This document shows positions 61,915-64,000 of a stretch of DNA of 64,000 nucleotides, in pieces. The notes under the pieces are model-generated. The model was not told the origin of the DNA. It saw nothing but the letters and a program-made list of their open reading frames with translations, and made no database searches. Location: NCBI RefSeq assembly GCF_009914755.1, contig NC_060929.1; one strand, written 5' to 3'. The stretch comes from the human T2T-CHM13v2.0 reference genome, Homo sapiens. The translations under genes and the position numbers were made by a program. Position 1 is the stretch's first letter, and each line of letters starts with the position of its first letter.

Positions 61915-62516
61915 TTTTTAAAAAACTAGGTCTCTCTCTGTCACCCAGGCTGGAATGCAGTGGAACAATCATGGCTCACCAGAGCCTTGACCTCCTGGGC
62001 TCAGGTGATTCTCCCACCTCAGCCTCCTGAGTAGCTGGGACTACAGGTGCCCGCCACCACACTCGACTAATTTTTTGTTTTTTTGTTTGTTTGTTTTTTG
62101 AGACAGAGTTTCACACTGTCACCCAGGCTGGAGTGCAGTGGCGGGATCTCGGCTCACTGCAACCTCCACCTCCCAAGGTTCAGGCGATTCTCCTGCCTCA
62201 GCCCCCTGAGCGGCTGGGATTACAGGTGCATGACACCATGCCCGGCTAATTTTTGTGTTTTTGGTGGAGACAGGGTTTCACCGTGTTGCCCAGGCTGGTC
62301 TCGAACTCCTGACCTCCAGTGATCCACCTGCCTTGACCTCCCAGGGTGTGGGATTGCAGGCATGAGCCACCCAGCCCGGCCAATTTTTGTATTTTTTGTA
62401 AAGGCAAAATTTTGCCATGTTGCCCTGGCTGGTCTCGAACTCCTGGACTTAACATCATCCACCTGCCTCAGCCTCCCAAAGTGCTAGGAATACAGGAGTG
62501 AACCATCGCACCCAGC
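61915..62516 (-). mobile_element. AluJ with an AluS (~62075-62381) nested in its central linker
   Basis: AluJ right arm, then a complete second Alu, then AATTTTTGTATTTTT and the AluJ left arm. Confidence 0.85.
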
Positions 62517-62691
62517 TGGGTTATCCAGTTTAAAAGAATTTTTTTTTCAAGGAAACCAGAGAAGCCATCATCCACTTTTCTGTCTGTATCATTCCGATTT
62601 TAGTATATGTGTTGCCGAAGTGAGTATACACTATCATCCACTTTTAATGAGAGAAAGTTATAAACTTACATTTTGTTTCCAATTTTTAGGG

Positions 62692-62910
62692 TTTTTTTTT
62701 TTTTTTTTTTTTTTTTTGAGACAGCACTCTGCCTCCAGGCTGGAGTGTGCAGTGGCACCATCTTGGCTCACTGCAGCCTCTGCCTCCTGGTCTCTAACAA
62801 TCCTCCCACCTCAGCCTTCTAAGTGGCTGGGACTACAGATGAGCGCCACCATGCCTGGCTAATTTTTGTATTTTTAGTGGAGAAGGGGTTTCGCCATGTT
62901 GCCCCAGCTG
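62692..62910 (-). mobile_element. 5'-truncated Alu (J-like)
   Basis: T tail, right arm, linker and part of the left arm. Confidence 0.85.
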
Positions 62911-63328
62911 AATTTGGGATTTTTTTAAAGGGGACTTTCAGTCCAAATTTGAGGGGAAATTACTATCACCACTAGTTTGAATATAGTACAATGAAAAAAA
63001 TATATATATAGTACAATGGTCCAGACATAATAAGAGGTGTAAAAACTAGCACAGGAAGAAATAAAAACAGATTTTTGAAGGTGAGATGAGAAACTCACAA
63101 AATTAACAAAATAAATAGCCAAACTTTTAGAATGACATTTTAGCACATTTTCCAGCCACATGATCAATCTACAAAATTAATATTATTTCTGAACACCAGT
63201 AATAAACATAAGGTAAGTACCTCTCAATAAAAAAATAGAAAAGTAGCTAGGAATTCACAAAGAAAATTAATACCTCTGTGGAGAAAACTTCAAAACTTAA
63301 AAAAAGACATAGAAAATGTTTTGAATAT

Positions 63329-63527
63329 GCTGGGTGCAGTGGCTCACACCTGTGGTCCTGGCACTTTGGGAGTCCAAGGCAGGTGGATCATGGGGTCAGG
63401 AGACCAAGACCATCCTGGCCAGAATGGTGAAACCCCGTCTCTACTAAAAATACCAAATAAATTAGCTGGGAGTGGTGGCACATGCCTGTGGTCCCAGCTA
63501 CTCAGGAGGCTGAGGCAGGAGAATCAC
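63329..63527 (+). mobile_element. 3'-truncated AluS
   Basis: Ends abruptly at GGAGAATCAC and abuts L1 sequence. Confidence 0.85.
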
Positions 63528-63870
63528 AAGGATTGAAATTATGCAGTGTGTTCTCCAAACACGATGGAATGAAATTAGAAATCAATAGTGGAAGAAAATT
63601 TGGGAAATTCACACATATGTGGATATTAAACAACACATTCCTAAATAACCAATGGTTAAAGGGGAAATCACAGTCTGAGCAACATGGCAAAACCCTGACT
63701 CTGCAGAAAATGGAAAATTAGCTGGGCATGGCAGCCAGAGCCCACGCTCCCAGCTACTCAAGAAGCTGAGGTGAGAGAATCTATCCCCTGAGCCACAGAG
63801 GTCGAGGCTGCAGTGAGCAGTAACTGTGCCACTGCACTCCAGTTTAAGCAACACAGTGATACCATCTCAA

Positions 63871-63901
<31 letters not shown>

Positions 63902-64000
63902 ATAGAAGAAATCATAAGTAAAATTGGAAAACACTTCTAACTGAAAAAAAATAAAAACAGAAGCACAACAAACCAAAACATGGGATGAAGCTAAATCAAT
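63528..64000 (+). mobile_element. L1M ORF2 fragment with a 5'-truncated AluJ (63672-63903) inserted
   Basis: GAAATTAGAAATCAAT..AACAACACATTCCTAAATAACCAATGG; Alu flanked by GAAATCA(C/T)A and carrying a (TAAA)n tail. Confidence 0.75.

Overview
Human genomic DNA (a consensus-matching AluYa5 is present). It is AT-rich and dominated by transposable elements, and I found no intact protein-coding gene. Main contents: (1) a 7.5-kb HERV-H provirus (minus strand, LTR7 at both ends, tRNA-His PBS, 5-bp TSD) with deleted pol but a full-length, disabled env, inserted into an older MER31/MER67-type LTR; (2) a very young AluYa5; (3) a 5'-complete L1PA4/5-type LINE-1 that lacks its last ~100 nt, poly(A) and TSD, keeps the ZNF93-target 5'UTR segment, and has an open, C-terminally extended antisense ORF0; (4) a four-element nest in which an Hsmar2 mariner sits in an old L1 and carries an MSTA LTR and a FLAM; (5) a processed pseudogene of the embryonic PRD-class homeobox gene ARGFX (probably ARGFXP1), which preserves the spliced Alu-derived exon and has a frameshift turning a (CAG)9 polyQ into polyA; (6) several micro-scale fold-back or templated-insertion scars. 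Family and subfamily calls come from remembered consensus sequences, not from a search, and boundaries of old repeats are approximate. I see no convincing new biological system; the best leads are the L1 extended ORF0 and 3' read-through, the env-retaining HERV-H and the ARGFX retrocopy.
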